A stretch of 53,003 nucleotides of DNA from Bacillales bacterium (GTDB lineage: Bacteria; Bacillota_I; Bacilli_A; RFN20; CAG-826): the NCBI GenBank assembly GCA_016287465.1, contig JAEEWP010000001.1, positions 1 to 53,003 of the forward strand. The letters are read 5' to 3'. Both the position numbers and the translations under genes were made by a program. Below the pieces are notes generated by a model. That model ran no database searches. It saw only the letters and a program-made list of their open reading frames with translations, and was not told the DNA's origin. Of the stretch, positions 16,057 to 24,995 are shown piece after piece (position 1 is the stretch's first letter; every line of letters starts with the position of its first letter).

Positions 16057-16860
16057 TTAATCCCTCGAAGAAGAAGCCGAACTTGAAGCGCTTGCGATCA
16101 AGAGAAGAACACGGTAGATGAGCTCAAGAAGAGCGATAACCATGTCATTGATGTACTCGATGTTGTAGAGACGGAAGAGCTCTTTGCACATTCCGATTTC
16201 TTCTTCGGTAGCAAGATTATCTCTACGCATGACCTCAATGGCCTTCTCTTGGGCCTTTTTCTCGGTCTTAAGAACGACTATCGACATGATGAAGGAGATG
16301 ACGTAGAAGAGTAAGCCTAATAAGCTTAGAAGAATCGACCATAGGCCAATCGTATGGAAGAAGATGATATCAAGGGCGATGCCTATGAGCACAAGCGGGA
16401 CAAAGGCAAGAGGACCAAAATAGATAAGAGGTGTGAGGACGATCCTTGTCTTCATGTCTTTGTCGCCTTCTTTGTCGAGGACGGCAAGTGAAGATTTTTG
16501 AGCGGCCATTGCAAGAGAAGAGATACTCTTCTTCTTAACGGTCCATCTCCTTAGACGGACTTTCTTGAAATAATGCGAATAGCTGTTTCCAAAAAGGAAA
16601 GAACCGGTGACGCTGACCCTGATGTGGTTTAGGCCTTCTTTATCAAGGAGGGTTCTAGCGATTTCTTCGCCGTTTTGTCCCCTACTATTCTGCACGCGGT
16701 TGAATCTCACGTACTTGATGGCAAGGGTGATTTCCACCCCAAGAGCGAAGATACTCACTAAGCCGATAAGGACAATGACGATGAATAAAGCGATGGCGAT
16801 GCCGTCATTGATATCGCCTAAGCCTAAAGCCTCTTCGATAAAAGCGATGAGTTGATCCAT
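16057..16860 (-). CDS. YugP-like (putative neutral zinc metallopeptidase family) membrane protein lacking the HExxH motif
   Basis: 267 aa. The architecture and several blocks parallel B. subtilis YugP as I remember it (N-terminal TM, soluble domain, C-terminal TMs). Where HExGH is expected the sequence reads AAQKSSLAV. Confidence 0.6.
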   Translation of the reverse strand: MDQLIAFIEEALGLGDINDGIAIALFIVIVLIGLVSIFALGVEITLAIKYVRFNRVQNSRGQNGEEIARTLLDKEGLNHIRVSVTGSFLFGNSYSHYFKKVRLRRWTVKKKSISSLAMAAQKSSLAVLDKEGDKDMKTRIVLTPLIYFGPLAFVPLVLIGIALDIIFFHTIGLWSILLSLLGLLFYVISFIMSIVVLKTEKKAQEKAIEVMRRDNLATEEEIGMCKELFRLYNIEYINDMVIALLELIYRVLLLIASASSSASSSRD

Positions 16861-16977
16861 AATATGTAACTCCTATTGTCTATATTGTAGCAAAAAAGAA
16901 GGCGACCTGGAAAATAATGCATAGATAAGAAAAAGCAGCGGGCTTTAGGGGCTCGCTGCTCTTTTTAGTTACCGTGA

Positions 16978-18939
16978 TTATTTAATCGTGGCAAGAGGAG
17001 TTCTGGTGCTGTTGGTGACCCATCTGTTCTCGAGATAGTTGACACGCTTGGCAAGCCAGTTGATGGTCTCTTTCTGAGCGTCTTTGCGTTCGTTGACGTT
17101 GACGAATGGCTTTCTGAGCTCGCCGGAGTTGACGCCATCACCGTTGAAGTAGCTGCCGACGTTGTTATCGGAGGCCTGGGTGGTTGTCCACTTGGTGAAG
17201 TTCTTGGCATATTCGCCATCGTAGTACTTATAGAAAGTCTTGGCTAAGCTCATCATGTTTTCGAAGACGTTGTTGTTTCTGGCGGCATTCCATTTTGGAA
17301 TGACATAGTCATTCATGAACCAACTCATCTTGCCTAAGAGCTGGAGCCACATGTTGGCGCTTCTATCCATGAAGTATGGATCTTTGGCGTTCCATCCGCT
17401 TCCAGCGGTATCTGGCTGTTCGATGAAACCTCTTCTGTTACCGAAGTTGCTGTCGAAATCCCATGGGTTGTCGTATCTGAGCTTCTTATCGCCATTTGTG
17501 GAGTTGTCATAGGACATGTAGAAGGAAGAATAACCGACATCTGGTGGTAAGCAGACGGCGTTGATGATGAAGCCTTCGGCCCAAGCGTTGCAGTCGAAGT
17601 GTTTCTCAATGGCCTGCTTGACGGTGGTTCCGCTGGCGGCATTGACGACCTGGTTGTTGGCGTCGATGTCTTTGGCTCTGTTGTTCTTGGAACCTTCGGC
17701 CAAGACGGTGAAGAGAGCCTGGAGTCTGTTCTTGATGTAAGCAACCTGGTTGCTGTTGGCATCGGTGATGTGCGCATCGGATGGGCCATCGTTGATGTCA
17801 GAGTTAAGGGTGTAGCTTGAGACGACACCTAAACCGGAGTTGGCTAAGCAGCTTTCGATGTTGTAGCTCTGCTGGTTGAAGTAGTTGCCATAGCTGATAT
17901 TGAAGGTTGGATCGCCATCGGCGCCTTTCTGGGCCTCGTTACGGGCATAGTAGTCGAGCTCAAAGTTGTAGCCGATGTCATTGGTCATGATCTTGACGGT
18001 CTCTTTTTTGCCAGTGTCTGGGTTGGTGACCTTTTGCTCTGGCTCTGGGAGGTTGATTCTGCCATCCTTGACCTCTTTGGCCTCCGCGAGCATATACATG
18101 CCCCAGTAGGTGTTATTGAGGTAAACGGAGACTGGAGTGAAGTCGGTGCACCAGACTTTGGAGTCGTCGGCGATGATGCCTCTTGCCATGCTTAAGCCTA
18201 AAGCGCTTCTGGAGACGGTGGTGTCCTTAGCGTCGGCTAAGAGGACCCACTTCTTGAATGTTTTTCCACCGTTGAGGCCAAGCATCGACTGTTTGCTGTC
18301 GAACTTGATCTGGAAGCCCTTCTTATCGAAGCCAGCGGTCTGGTTGCCTCTGACTTTCATCGTGGCGACAAGACCCTCAGTGGTGTTGTATTCGCCGGCA
18401 TTGGTGATAGAGATGGTGCCGGAGACGGTTGGTCTGGTAACGTCGTTACTTCTAGCAGCGGTCGCGAAGTTAGCGTTTGGATCGGTCGTTGGGAAAGTGA
18501 ATCTGATCTCTGGGAGAACGGAGAAGGTCTTGTCGATCTCCTCGTAATGACAGGTTGAGCACTCTCTGTATTTGACGTTGGAATTGGCGAAACGAGCGTC
18601 ATTAAGCTTGGTGCCTAAGTTCTCGGTCTTCCATGCGCCGAAAGTATGGTTGGCGGCATCCTTCTTGTCTCCGCATTCGGCACAGGCGTGGTAATGCTGA
18701 TTGGCATCGGCAGACCACTCGGTTCCATAGTTATGGACGTGAGCGGACGAGGAAGCCTTGGAAGTTCCGGCGACGCTTGAGACGGATGAGCCTGCGGTTG
18801 AGGCTAAGGATGAGGTTGATGGGGATGATGGGGCCTCTGATGTTCCTGGAGCAGCACTGCTGGCTCCGCCTTCATTGACACAGCTGACGGTCATCAAAGG
18901 GAAGGCAAGAATTGTTAGGACCTTGAAAAACTTCTTCAT
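16978..18939 (-). CDS. CotH-family kinase, lipoprotein-anchored
   Basis: Signal peptide with lipobox MTVSC and a Ser-rich linker. CotH-like blocks include GFQIKFDSK, VLLADAKDTTVSRSALG, VYLNNTYWGMYMLAE and DNPWDFDSNFGN. I prefer the start at MKKFF (18939) from SD spacing. The track ORF begins at 18948. Confidence 0.85.
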   Translation of the reverse strand: MKKFFKVLTILAFPLMTVSCVNEGGASSAAPGTSEAPSSPSTSSLASTAGSSVSSVAGTSKASSSAHVHNYGTEWSADANQHYHACAECGDKKDAANHTFGAWKTENLGTKLNDARFANSNVKYRECSTCHYEEIDKTFSVLPEIRFTFPTTDPNANFATAARSNDVTRPTVSGTISITNAGEYNTTEGLVATMKVRGNQTAGFDKKGFQIKFDSKQSMLGLNGGKTFKKWVLLADAKDTTVSRSALGLSMARGIIADDSKVWCTDFTPVSVYLNNTYWGMYMLAEAKEVKDGRINLPEPEQKVTNPDTGKKETVKIMTNDIGYNFELDYYARNEAQKGADGDPTFNISYGNYFNQQSYNIESCLANSGLGVVSSYTLNSDINDGPSDAHITDANSNQVAYIKNRLQALFTVLAEGSKNNRAKDIDANNQVVNAASGTTVKQAIEKHFDCNAWAEGFIINAVCLPPDVGYSSFYMSYDNSTNGDKKLRYDNPWDFDSNFGNRRGFIEQPDTAGSGWNAKDPYFMDRSANMWLQLLGKMSWFMNDYVIPKWNAARNNNVFENMMSLAKTFYKYYDGEYAKNFTKWTTTQASDNNVGSYFNGDGVNSGELRKPFVNVNERKDAQKETINWLAKRVNYLENRWVTNSTRTPLATIK

Positions 18940-19069
18940 GAAAAACATTCCTTTCTTAAGAAGGCAACCGAAATGATTGTCCTCTTATTTCATCAAGATG
19001 TTGCTTTGACTCTAAAATTGTACAGCAATTCCAAAACAATATAAACTGTAGTTTATTATTGTGGCTTCC

Positions 19070-19354
19070 TTACTTGAATAAATCCGAATGGGTGCCGGTT
19101 CTAACTAAATACAGGATAACGAACTCATTTGAGTATTTGTAAATAAGCAGCCAGTCAGGTTCAATATGCAGCTCGCGGCAATTTTTGTATTCTTTGGATG
19201 GCTGAAGAGGATGGTCGCGATATTTCTCCGGTATAGTCTCGCCATTCTGAAGATAGACGAGAACCTCCTTAAAGGCCTCAGGGTTCAATCCCCTTTTAAT
19301 GCATAACTTAAAATCTTTCTTAAACTTGCTGGATTGGCGAATGCCATAGATCAT
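19070..19354 (-). CDS. type II toxin, YafQ/RelE family mRNA interferase
   Basis: 94 aa. The end DHPLQPSKEYKNCRELHIEPDWLLIYKYSNEFVILYLVRTGTHSDLF is typical of YafQ. It overlaps the antitoxin gene by 4 nt. Confidence 0.85.
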   Translation of the reverse strand: MIYGIRQSSKFKKDFKLCIKRGLNPEAFKEVLVYLQNGETIPEKYRDHPLQPSKEYKNCRELHIEPDWLLIYKYSNEFVILYLVRTGTHSDLFK

Positions 19355-19620
19355 TTAAGCAAATCCTCCATTAATTCATCGACGCTGTTAAAGGTTTTTC
19401 CCTTTTCTGGGTGCTTTTCCATATCATCGATTTCCTTAATGGCCTCAATGGTTTCCTCATTTGGGATATCGGCGTGAAGTTCAAAAGGAATGCTTTTCGT
19501 CCTGATGACTTGGTTATAGAAAAGGGTGATCGCTGTGGTCGGGGTCATTCCAAGCTTTGAAAAAACCTGTTCAGCTTTCTTTTTTGTCTCCCCATCTATT
19601 CTTATATTGATATTCGCCAT
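19351..19620 (-). CDS. type II antitoxin, RelB/DinJ family
   Basis: 89 aa. MANINIRIDGETKKKAEQVFSKLGMTPTTAITLFYNQV is a DinJ-type ribbon-helix-helix N-terminus. Confidence 0.85.
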   Translation of the reverse strand: MANINIRIDGETKKKAEQVFSKLGMTPTTAITLFYNQVIRTKSIPFELHADIPNEETIEAIKEIDDMEKHPEKGKTFNSVDELMEDLLK

Positions 19621-19640
19621 AATTTTCCCTCTTTAAGAAA

Positions 19641-19672
19641 AGATTATCATTTGTGTTGCTAATGTCAACACA
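19641..19672 (-). promoter_or_regulatory. toxin-antitoxin promoter with overlapping inverted-repeat operator
   Basis: Minus strand TTGACA, 16 nt, TAATCT. The inverted repeat TGTGTTG-N7-CAACACA (19652..19672) covers the -35. Confidence 0.45.
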
Positions 19673-19698
19673 CTAGCGATACACAAAGCATAATAAAA

Positions 19699-19717
19699 AC
19701 ACGCCACTGAGGCGTGT
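19699..19717 (-). terminator. intrinsic terminator ending the nusA-infB-rbfA operon
   Basis: ACACGCC-ACTGA-GGCGTGT followed by T5 on the minus strand. Confidence 0.65.
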
Positions 19718-19730
19718 CTTTTTAGTTGGT

Positions 19731-20096
19731 TTATTTGCTCTCTTTGTGAGCCTTTTCGATCTGTTCCTCTTCTCTCTTGAGGGCGGCGTTGATTCTCTCG
19801 TCCTTGTAGAAAGTGTCATCGAGAAGGAAGGTAAGCTCAGGGACTTTGCGGAGGTCGATCTTCTTGGCTAAGGAACTCCTTACATAACCTTTGCAGCGGT
19901 TTAATTCGGCAAGGTTTTGCAGAGGATATTTCGCTCCAAGGAAGGAAACATAGACTTTCGCGAACGAATAATCGTTAGCGACGATGACCTCATTGACCGA
20001 TGGCATTCCGATATGCGAGTTCTTGAGCTCGAACATCAAGATGTCGGAGATGTTCCTAGCGATGACGGCTTTGATTCTGCCATTCCTATCTGCCAT
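19731..20096 (-). CDS. rbfA: ribosome-binding factor A
   Basis: 121 aa. R.KAVIARNISDILMFELKN...VNEV.V..D...AKVYVSF is the RbfA pattern. It lies directly downstream of infB. Confidence 0.92.
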   Translation of the reverse strand: MADRNGRIKAVIARNISDILMFELKNSHIGMPSVNEVIVANDYSFAKVYVSFLGAKYPLQNLAELNRCKGYVRSSLAKKIDLRKVPELTFLLDDTFYKDERINAALKREEEQIEKAHKESK

Positions 20097-20098
20097 AA

Positions 20099-21961
20099 CT
20101 ACTCCTTATCGACCATCTCGTAGCCTTCGACGATGTCGCCTTCTTTGATGTCGTTGTAGTTCTTGATCGAGATGCCGCATTCGTATCCTTCACGGACCTC
20201 TTTGGCATCGTCTTTGAATCTCTTTAAGCCAGCGAGTTCGCCAGTGTAGACGACAACGCCTGCTCTAAGAAGACGGATCTTGCTTCCGGCTTTGATGGTG
20301 CCGCTAGTGACATAGGAACCACCGATGGTGCCGATCTTCGAGATCTTGTAGATGTGTCTGATCTCAGCCTGACCGGTGACCTGCTCGACCTGTTCGGCCT
20401 TATACATACCTTTGACGAGAGCCTCGATTTCCTCGAGTACTTCGTAGATGATCTGGTGTGTTCTGATTTCGACGCCGGCTTCGTTGGCTTTGGCCGTGAT
20501 ACGGGCATCTGGACGGATGTTGAAGCCATAGATGATGGCCTTAGAGGCTTGGGCAAGGAGAAGGTCGCTATCATTGATAGCGCCAGCACTGGCGGCAAGG
20601 ACTTTGATCTTTACCTGGTCGTTGCTTTGCTTCTCGATGTTGGCTTTCATGGCCTCAGCGGAACCTTCCGTATCGGCTTTGATGATGATATTGACGTCTT
20701 GGATCTTACCGGCGTTGACGAGGTTGTTGAGATCGCTAAGAGACATGGCCGCACTGGCGCTTCTCTCCTGCTTTTGTTTCTCAAGGGCGCGTCTTTCGGC
20801 GATTTCTTTGGCTTCTTTCTCGGTTGGGAAAGCCATGAAACGGTCGCCTGCCATTGGGACGGCGGATAAACCGGTGACGGCCACAGGTGTTGATGGGCCG
20901 GCGGATTTGAGGACGGCGTTATATTCGTTGGTCATCCTTCTGATCTTGCCGTATATCTCACCGACGACGACGTAGTCGCTAGCGGCGATGGTGCCATTTT
21001 GGACAAGGAGAGTGGCTTTTGGGCCCTCACCCTTATCGAGCTTGGCTTCAAGGACGGTGCCGATGGCGAATCTGTTTGGATTGGCTTTAAGCTCCATCAT
21101 CTCGGCTTTGACGAGGATGGCATCGAGGAGGTCGTCGATTCCTTTGCCGGTTTTGGCGGAGACTTCGACGGTCATGACATCGCCACCGTAATCCTCGGCG
21201 ATGACGTCATGGGCCATGAGCTCATTCTTGACTCTGTCTGGGTCGGCTCCTGGCTTATCCATTTTGTTGATGGCGACGATGATCTCGCAGTTGGCGGCTT
21301 TGGCGTGGTTGATTGCCTCGATGGTCTGAGGCATGACGCCGTCATCGGCAGCGACGACGAGGACGGTGATGTCGGTCGCATCCGCACCACGGGCTCTCAT
21401 GGCCGTGAAGGCTTCGTGCCCTGGGGTGTCGATGATGGTGATTTTCTTTCCTTTGTGGTCTTTCTGGTAAGCGCCGATGGCTTGGGAGATGCCGCCGGCC
21501 TCTTTGGAACAGAGGTCACTATGTCTGATGGCATCGATGATCGAGGTTTTGCCATGGTCGACGTGGCCCATGACGGAAACGACTGGGGCACGCTCAACTA
21601 AGGAAGCTGGATCATCTTCGATCTTGAGGTCTTCGAAATGCTCGGCATCGACGATTTCCTCTTTCTTGAAGTCATAGCCGTACTCTAAGCAGATGGTGCC
21701 GATCATCTCATCATCGAGCAACTGATTGATGGTGACGGCTTTGCCATTCATGAACATGTATTTGATGATGGCTGGGATCGGGACGTTGATGGCTTTGGAG
21801 AGCTCAGCGACCGTAAGCGGTTTGGAGTAGACGAAGACACCGCCGTTGACCTTGGCGAAATCCTCTTTCTTCTTCGGACGGGATTCGAAGTTGGCCTGAC
21901 GGAAACCGCTATGGTTTTTGTTTTGGCCACCCTTCTTGTTATTGAACTGCGGTTTTTTCAT
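20099..21961 (-). CDS. infB: translation initiation factor IF-2
   Basis: 620 aa with GTPase motifs [13 protein letters not shown] and NKMD, plus the IF-2 C-terminal domains. Confidence 0.97.
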   Translation of the reverse strand: MKKPQFNNKKGGQNKNHSGFRQANFESRPKKKEDFAKVNGGVFVYSKPLTVAELSKAINVPIPAIIKYMFMNGKAVTINQLLDDEMIGTICLEYGYDFKKEEIVDAEHFEDLKIEDDPASLVERAPVVSVMGHVDHGKTSIIDAIRHSDLCSKEAGGISQAIGAYQKDHKGKKITIIDTPGHEAFTAMRARGADATDITVLVVAADDGVMPQTIEAINHAKAANCEIIVAINKMDKPGADPDRVKNELMAHDVIAEDYGGDVMTVEVSAKTGKGIDDLLDAILVKAEMMELKANPNRFAIGTVLEAKLDKGEGPKATLLVQNGTIAASDYVVVGEIYGKIRRMTNEYNAVLKSAGPSTPVAVTGLSAVPMAGDRFMAFPTEKEAKEIAERRALEKQKQERSASAAMSLSDLNNLVNAGKIQDVNIIIKADTEGSAEAMKANIEKQSNDQVKIKVLAASAGAINDSDLLLAQASKAIIYGFNIRPDARITAKANEAGVEIRTHQIIYEVLEEIEALVKGMYKAEQVEQVTGQAEIRHIYKISKIGTIGGSYVTSGTIKAGSKIRLLRAGVVVYTGELAGLKRFKDDAKEVREGYECGISIKNYNDIKEGDIVEGYEMVDKE

Positions 21962-22265
21962 CTTTTTCTCCTTTCTTGAGCTTAAGAAGATAGCTCATGG
22001 CGGCTTTTTTGCCGATGATGCCGAGGAATTTGATCTCAGCGTGGCCTAAGGCTTTGCCGAGTTCCTTCGACGTGAAGGTCTGTGAGAGAGGTTTGTGGGC
22101 GCGTTTGATTCTCCCAAGGGTGCGAAGAGATTCTCCGCTATCGATGTCGGTAGCGGTTACCACGAGGGTGACTTCGCTCATTCTCCTATGAAGCTCCTCA
22201 CCGATGATGACCTGGTGAGTCGGGTATAAGAGACCTAGAAATCCTAACGCGTCATTCTGGCTCAT
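21939..22265 (-). CDS. ylxQ: L7Ae/L30e-family RNA-binding protein (YlxQ type)
   Basis: 108 aa in the conserved position between ylxR and infB. Shows the L7Ae-like block VVTATDIDSGE...LG.A.G. Its ATG overlaps the ylxR TGA. Confidence 0.8.
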   Translation of the reverse strand: MSQNDALGFLGLLYPTHQVIIGEELHRRMSEVTLVVTATDIDSGESLRTLGRIKRAHKPLSQTFTSKELGKALGHAEIKFLGIIGKKAAMSYLLKLKKGEKDEKTAVQ

Positions 22266-22501
22266 AGCTTCTCCAAGAGTTCCTCTTCTTCTTTGCTGAT
22301 TGGACGATGGAGGTATCGGTTGAAGGAAGCCTTTTTTATGGCGTCCTTTCCACTACCCTTTTTGAGATAAACCCCTCGTCCTTTGAGGGTTTTCTCTTCA
22401 TCGAGGATGAGTTTGTCATCCTTTATCACGAGACGGAGAAGCGTCTCACGCGGAAAGCGTTTGCGTGAGACGATGTCCGTTCTGTCGTTGACTATTTTCA
22501 T
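22262..22501 (-). CDS. ylxR: YlxR/RnpM-family RNA-binding protein (DUF448)
   Basis: 79 aa with RKRFPRE.L.R and GRGVYL motifs. It overlaps the nusA stop (TAATG). Confidence 0.85.
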   Translation of the reverse strand: MKIVNDRTDIVSRKRFPRETLLRLVIKDDKLILDEEKTLKGRGVYLKKGSGKDAIKKASFNRYLHRPISKEEEELLEKL

Positions 22502-24345
22502 TATCTGAGATCGTCGTCGTACTCGTCGTTGTACTCGTACTCGAGGTTCTCGTCTTCCTCGTTGTAGTAGTCGGCCTCATTCTCTTCTTCGGCCTCAACC
22601 TCAGCGAGTTCCTCCTCTGTGTAGATCGGCATGGTGTTCATGAGAGGCTCAAGAGGTTTCTCGTGGGCGATCTCTTTCTCGCTGATCTTGCGAGGACGCT
22701 TCTCTTCTTTCTTGACGGAGTGTTTCTTGCCGGTCTCGACCTTCTTTTCGGTCTTGGTGTTGAGGGATTTCTCAAGCTCATCAAGGGAGGTCGTGGTCTT
22801 GACTTCGACTTTCACCTCTGGCTCTGGTTCCTTGACTGGCTCAGGTTCAGCGAGAGGCTCAACCTCATCAAGGATCTTGCCAGGTTTGACTTTGGTGACA
22901 GGTTGCTTGGCGACGACGATTGGGGTTTCCTCAACAACTGGGGTTTCCTCAACCTCTTCTTCGGCGGCAAGGGCGGCTTTCTCTTGCTCTTCGGCCTGAC
23001 GGAGGGCTTCACGCTCCTCAGCGAGGCGGAGTGAACGCTCAGCGTAGTTGACACGCTCTTTGGCGCGCTTGTCTTCTTCGACTCTGGCTCTGATATCCTC
23101 GATGGATTCGTATTCGATTCCATCATCGAGGGCTTTTTGCTCCTCGTAGATCTCGATGGAGTAGCCGGTGAGTCTCTTGGCTAAACGAATATTGGCGTTC
23201 TTCTTGCCAAGAGCGACATAGTACTGATCGTCTTTGACGACGGCGATGGCGGATTTGCCTTCTTCCTCGGTCTCAGGTTTGATGGCGACGCCAACGACCT
23301 GGGCTGGGCGGAGAGATTCGGCGATATAGAGAGATGGATCTTCACTATATGGGATGATGTCGATCTTCTCTTTCTCGTGGCTGTTGCCAAGCTGGGCGAC
23401 GATCTTCTGGATGCGGCTTCCACCCTGACCGATGCAAGCGCCGGTTGGGTCGATGTCCTCTTTGGTCGAATAGACGGCCACTTTGGAACGAAGGCCAGCG
23501 ATACGGGCGACGCCTTTGATGATGACAACGCCTTCATAGATTTCGTGGATTTCCTCTTCGAAGAGTCTCTTTAAGAAGCCTTCGGAGGAACGGGTGACTT
23601 CGATCTGAGGTCCTTTCTTGACGCCGTCGACATCGACGCTCTTGACCTCTTGGATATAGACCTTGATGGTCTCGCCTGGTTTGAAGTACTCATCGCCGAT
23701 CATGTCTTTCTTGTTGAGTTCGATGACGGTTCTTCCGACCTTGATGGCGACACCTTTCTCATCGCTTCTTTCGACGATGCCGGTGAGCATCTCTCCGATG
23801 TGATCCTTGTAGATGTCATAGAGAGCGACTCTTTCCGCTTCGCCGATCTTGTTGCGAAGGATGGTGCGGATGCTCACAGCGGTGAGCTTCGTAAGTTCGT
23901 TGAGAGGGCAATAGATGCTATAGAAGTTGTTGAGTTTGATGTTCTTCTTCTCTTCTTTGACGAGAGCAAGGAGGTATTTGAGGTCTTCTTTCTCTTTCTT
24001 TTCCTCGCCTCTTGGACGTTTGAGGTAATCGATCTCCTCTTCTAAGTGAGCGATTGTGGTCTCGGCATCCTCTTTGGCGTCTTCCTTGCTGATCTCGAGG
24101 TAATCGTCTTCGACTTCCTTGACGATCTTCTTCTTCTGGCAAAGGGTGGCATGGACGCTGCCATCCTCCTCCTCGATGATCTTGGCTTCGACGATGGCGT
24201 CGTCTCCGCCTTTGAGGAACTTGATGTAAGAGGTCTCCATGGCCTCTTTCAATGCGGCTAAGACGGAATCGCGGCTGATTCCTTTGCCTTCAGCGATGGC
24301 GTTGATGAGCTCGCTGAACGTCATTTCCTTTTTCTCTTCTTCCAT
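22501..24345 (-). CDS. nusA: transcription termination/antitermination factor NusA, expanded form
   Basis: 614 aa. S1 domain (GEMLTGIVERSDEKGVAIKVG...), KH domains (GACIGQGGSRIQKIV), an insertion in the N-terminal domain, and a Glu/Lys-rich C-terminal tail of about 200 aa. Confidence 0.95.
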   Translation of the reverse strand: MEEEKKEMTFSELINAIAEGKGISRDSVLAALKEAMETSYIKFLKGGDDAIVEAKIIEEEDGSVHATLCQKKKIVKEVEDDYLEISKEDAKEDAETTIAHLEEEIDYLKRPRGEEKKEKEDLKYLLALVKEEKKNIKLNNFYSIYCPLNELTKLTAVSIRTILRNKIGEAERVALYDIYKDHIGEMLTGIVERSDEKGVAIKVGRTVIELNKKDMIGDEYFKPGETIKVYIQEVKSVDVDGVKKGPQIEVTRSSEGFLKRLFEEEIHEIYEGVVIIKGVARIAGLRSKVAVYSTKEDIDPTGACIGQGGSRIQKIVAQLGNSHEKEKIDIIPYSEDPSLYIAESLRPAQVVGVAIKPETEEEGKSAIAVVKDDQYYVALGKKNANIRLAKRLTGYSIEIYEEQKALDDGIEYESIEDIRARVEEDKRAKERVNYAERSLRLAEEREALRQAEEQEKAALAAEEEVEETPVVEETPIVVAKQPVTKVKPGKILDEVEPLAEPEPVKEPEPEVKVEVKTTTSLDELEKSLNTKTEKKVETGKKHSVKKEEKRPRKISEKEIAHEKPLEPLMNTMPIYTEEELAEVEAEEENEADYYNEEDENLEYEYNDEYDDDLR

Positions 24346-24361
24346 GTTTTGCTTTCCTTTC

Positions 24362-24823
24362 TTAGAACTTTATGGCTAAGCGCGCTTTGTCGATGTTTGA
24401 ACGCGCTAACGAGAGCGTCTTTTTGCGGCCTTTGACTCTGATTTCGAGTTTGATTTCCTCTTCTGTTACTTCCTTTAGGTCGCCTTCGAGGAAGTTGTAC
24501 CCTTCGTAAGGGTTCACTAGGTGGACATTGACGAACTCACCGACGTATTTGGCGAGTTTCTCTAGGCGAAGCGGTTTCTCAGAGCCTGCGCTAGAGACGT
24601 CAAGCATGTACGCTTCGTTGATGGGGTCCTCTTTATCGAGAAGAGGATTGATGATGTCGCTTACCTTCACGATGTCATCAAGCGAGATCGGCGCATCGCG
24701 GTCGACCACGAGATGGAGCGTGAGGCCTTCTTTGTTTCGGCTTAAGGACACATCTATGAGCTCATAACCTTCTTTCTCCAAGGTCGGCTCAAGAAGCTCC
24801 TTCACCTTATCAAGTAATCCCAT
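24362..24823 (-). CDS. rimP: ribosome maturation factor RimP
   Basis: Start taken at MGLLDKVKELLEP (GGAGGGCAA ATG). RimP pattern LEKEGYELIDV......LHLVVD...I.LDD. The track ORF adds 15 implausible residues. Confidence 0.9.
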   Translation of the reverse strand: MGLLDKVKELLEPTLEKEGYELIDVSLSRNKEGLTLHLVVDRDAPISLDDIVKVSDIINPLLDKEDPINEAYMLDVSSAGSEKPLRLEKLAKYVGEFVNVHLVNPYEGYNFLEGDLKEVTEEEIKLEIRVKGRKKTLSLARSNIDKARLAIKF

Positions 24824-24921
24824 TTGCCCTCCTAAAATTAGAAAGAGTGGTCCTAATGGGCCACTCAATTCGATATGTATTGAGCTAGCGGAGCCGCTTC
24901 CGCGGGTCTTCCACCGCGAGT

Positions 24922-24950
24922 ATTATGCACTAGTTAAAGCGTATACGCAA
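24922..24950 (-). promoter_or_regulatory. candidate promoter of the rimP-nusA operon
   Basis: Minus strand TTGCGT, 17 nt, CATAAT with an extended TG, about 100 nt upstream of rimP and just after the 24965..24983 terminator. Confidence 0.45.
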
Positions 24951-24964
24951 GCGCATAAAGAAAA

Positions 24965-24983
24965 AGCGGCGTCCTGCACCGCT
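24965..24983 (-). terminator. intrinsic terminator after lipoprotein paralogue 1
   Basis: AGCGG..CCGCT hairpin followed by TTTTTCTTT on the minus strand. Confidence 0.6.
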
Positions 24984-24995
24984 TCTCTTTTCTGC

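Noticed and set aside
24869-24921. GC-rich hairpins in the rimP leader (CGCGG-TGGAAGAC-CCGCG and AGCGG-CT-CCGCT) as a NusA autoregulatory attenuator.
   Set aside because: This is plausible in principle, but no U-tract follows either hairpin, and I cannot show conservation or alternative pairing from this single sequence.
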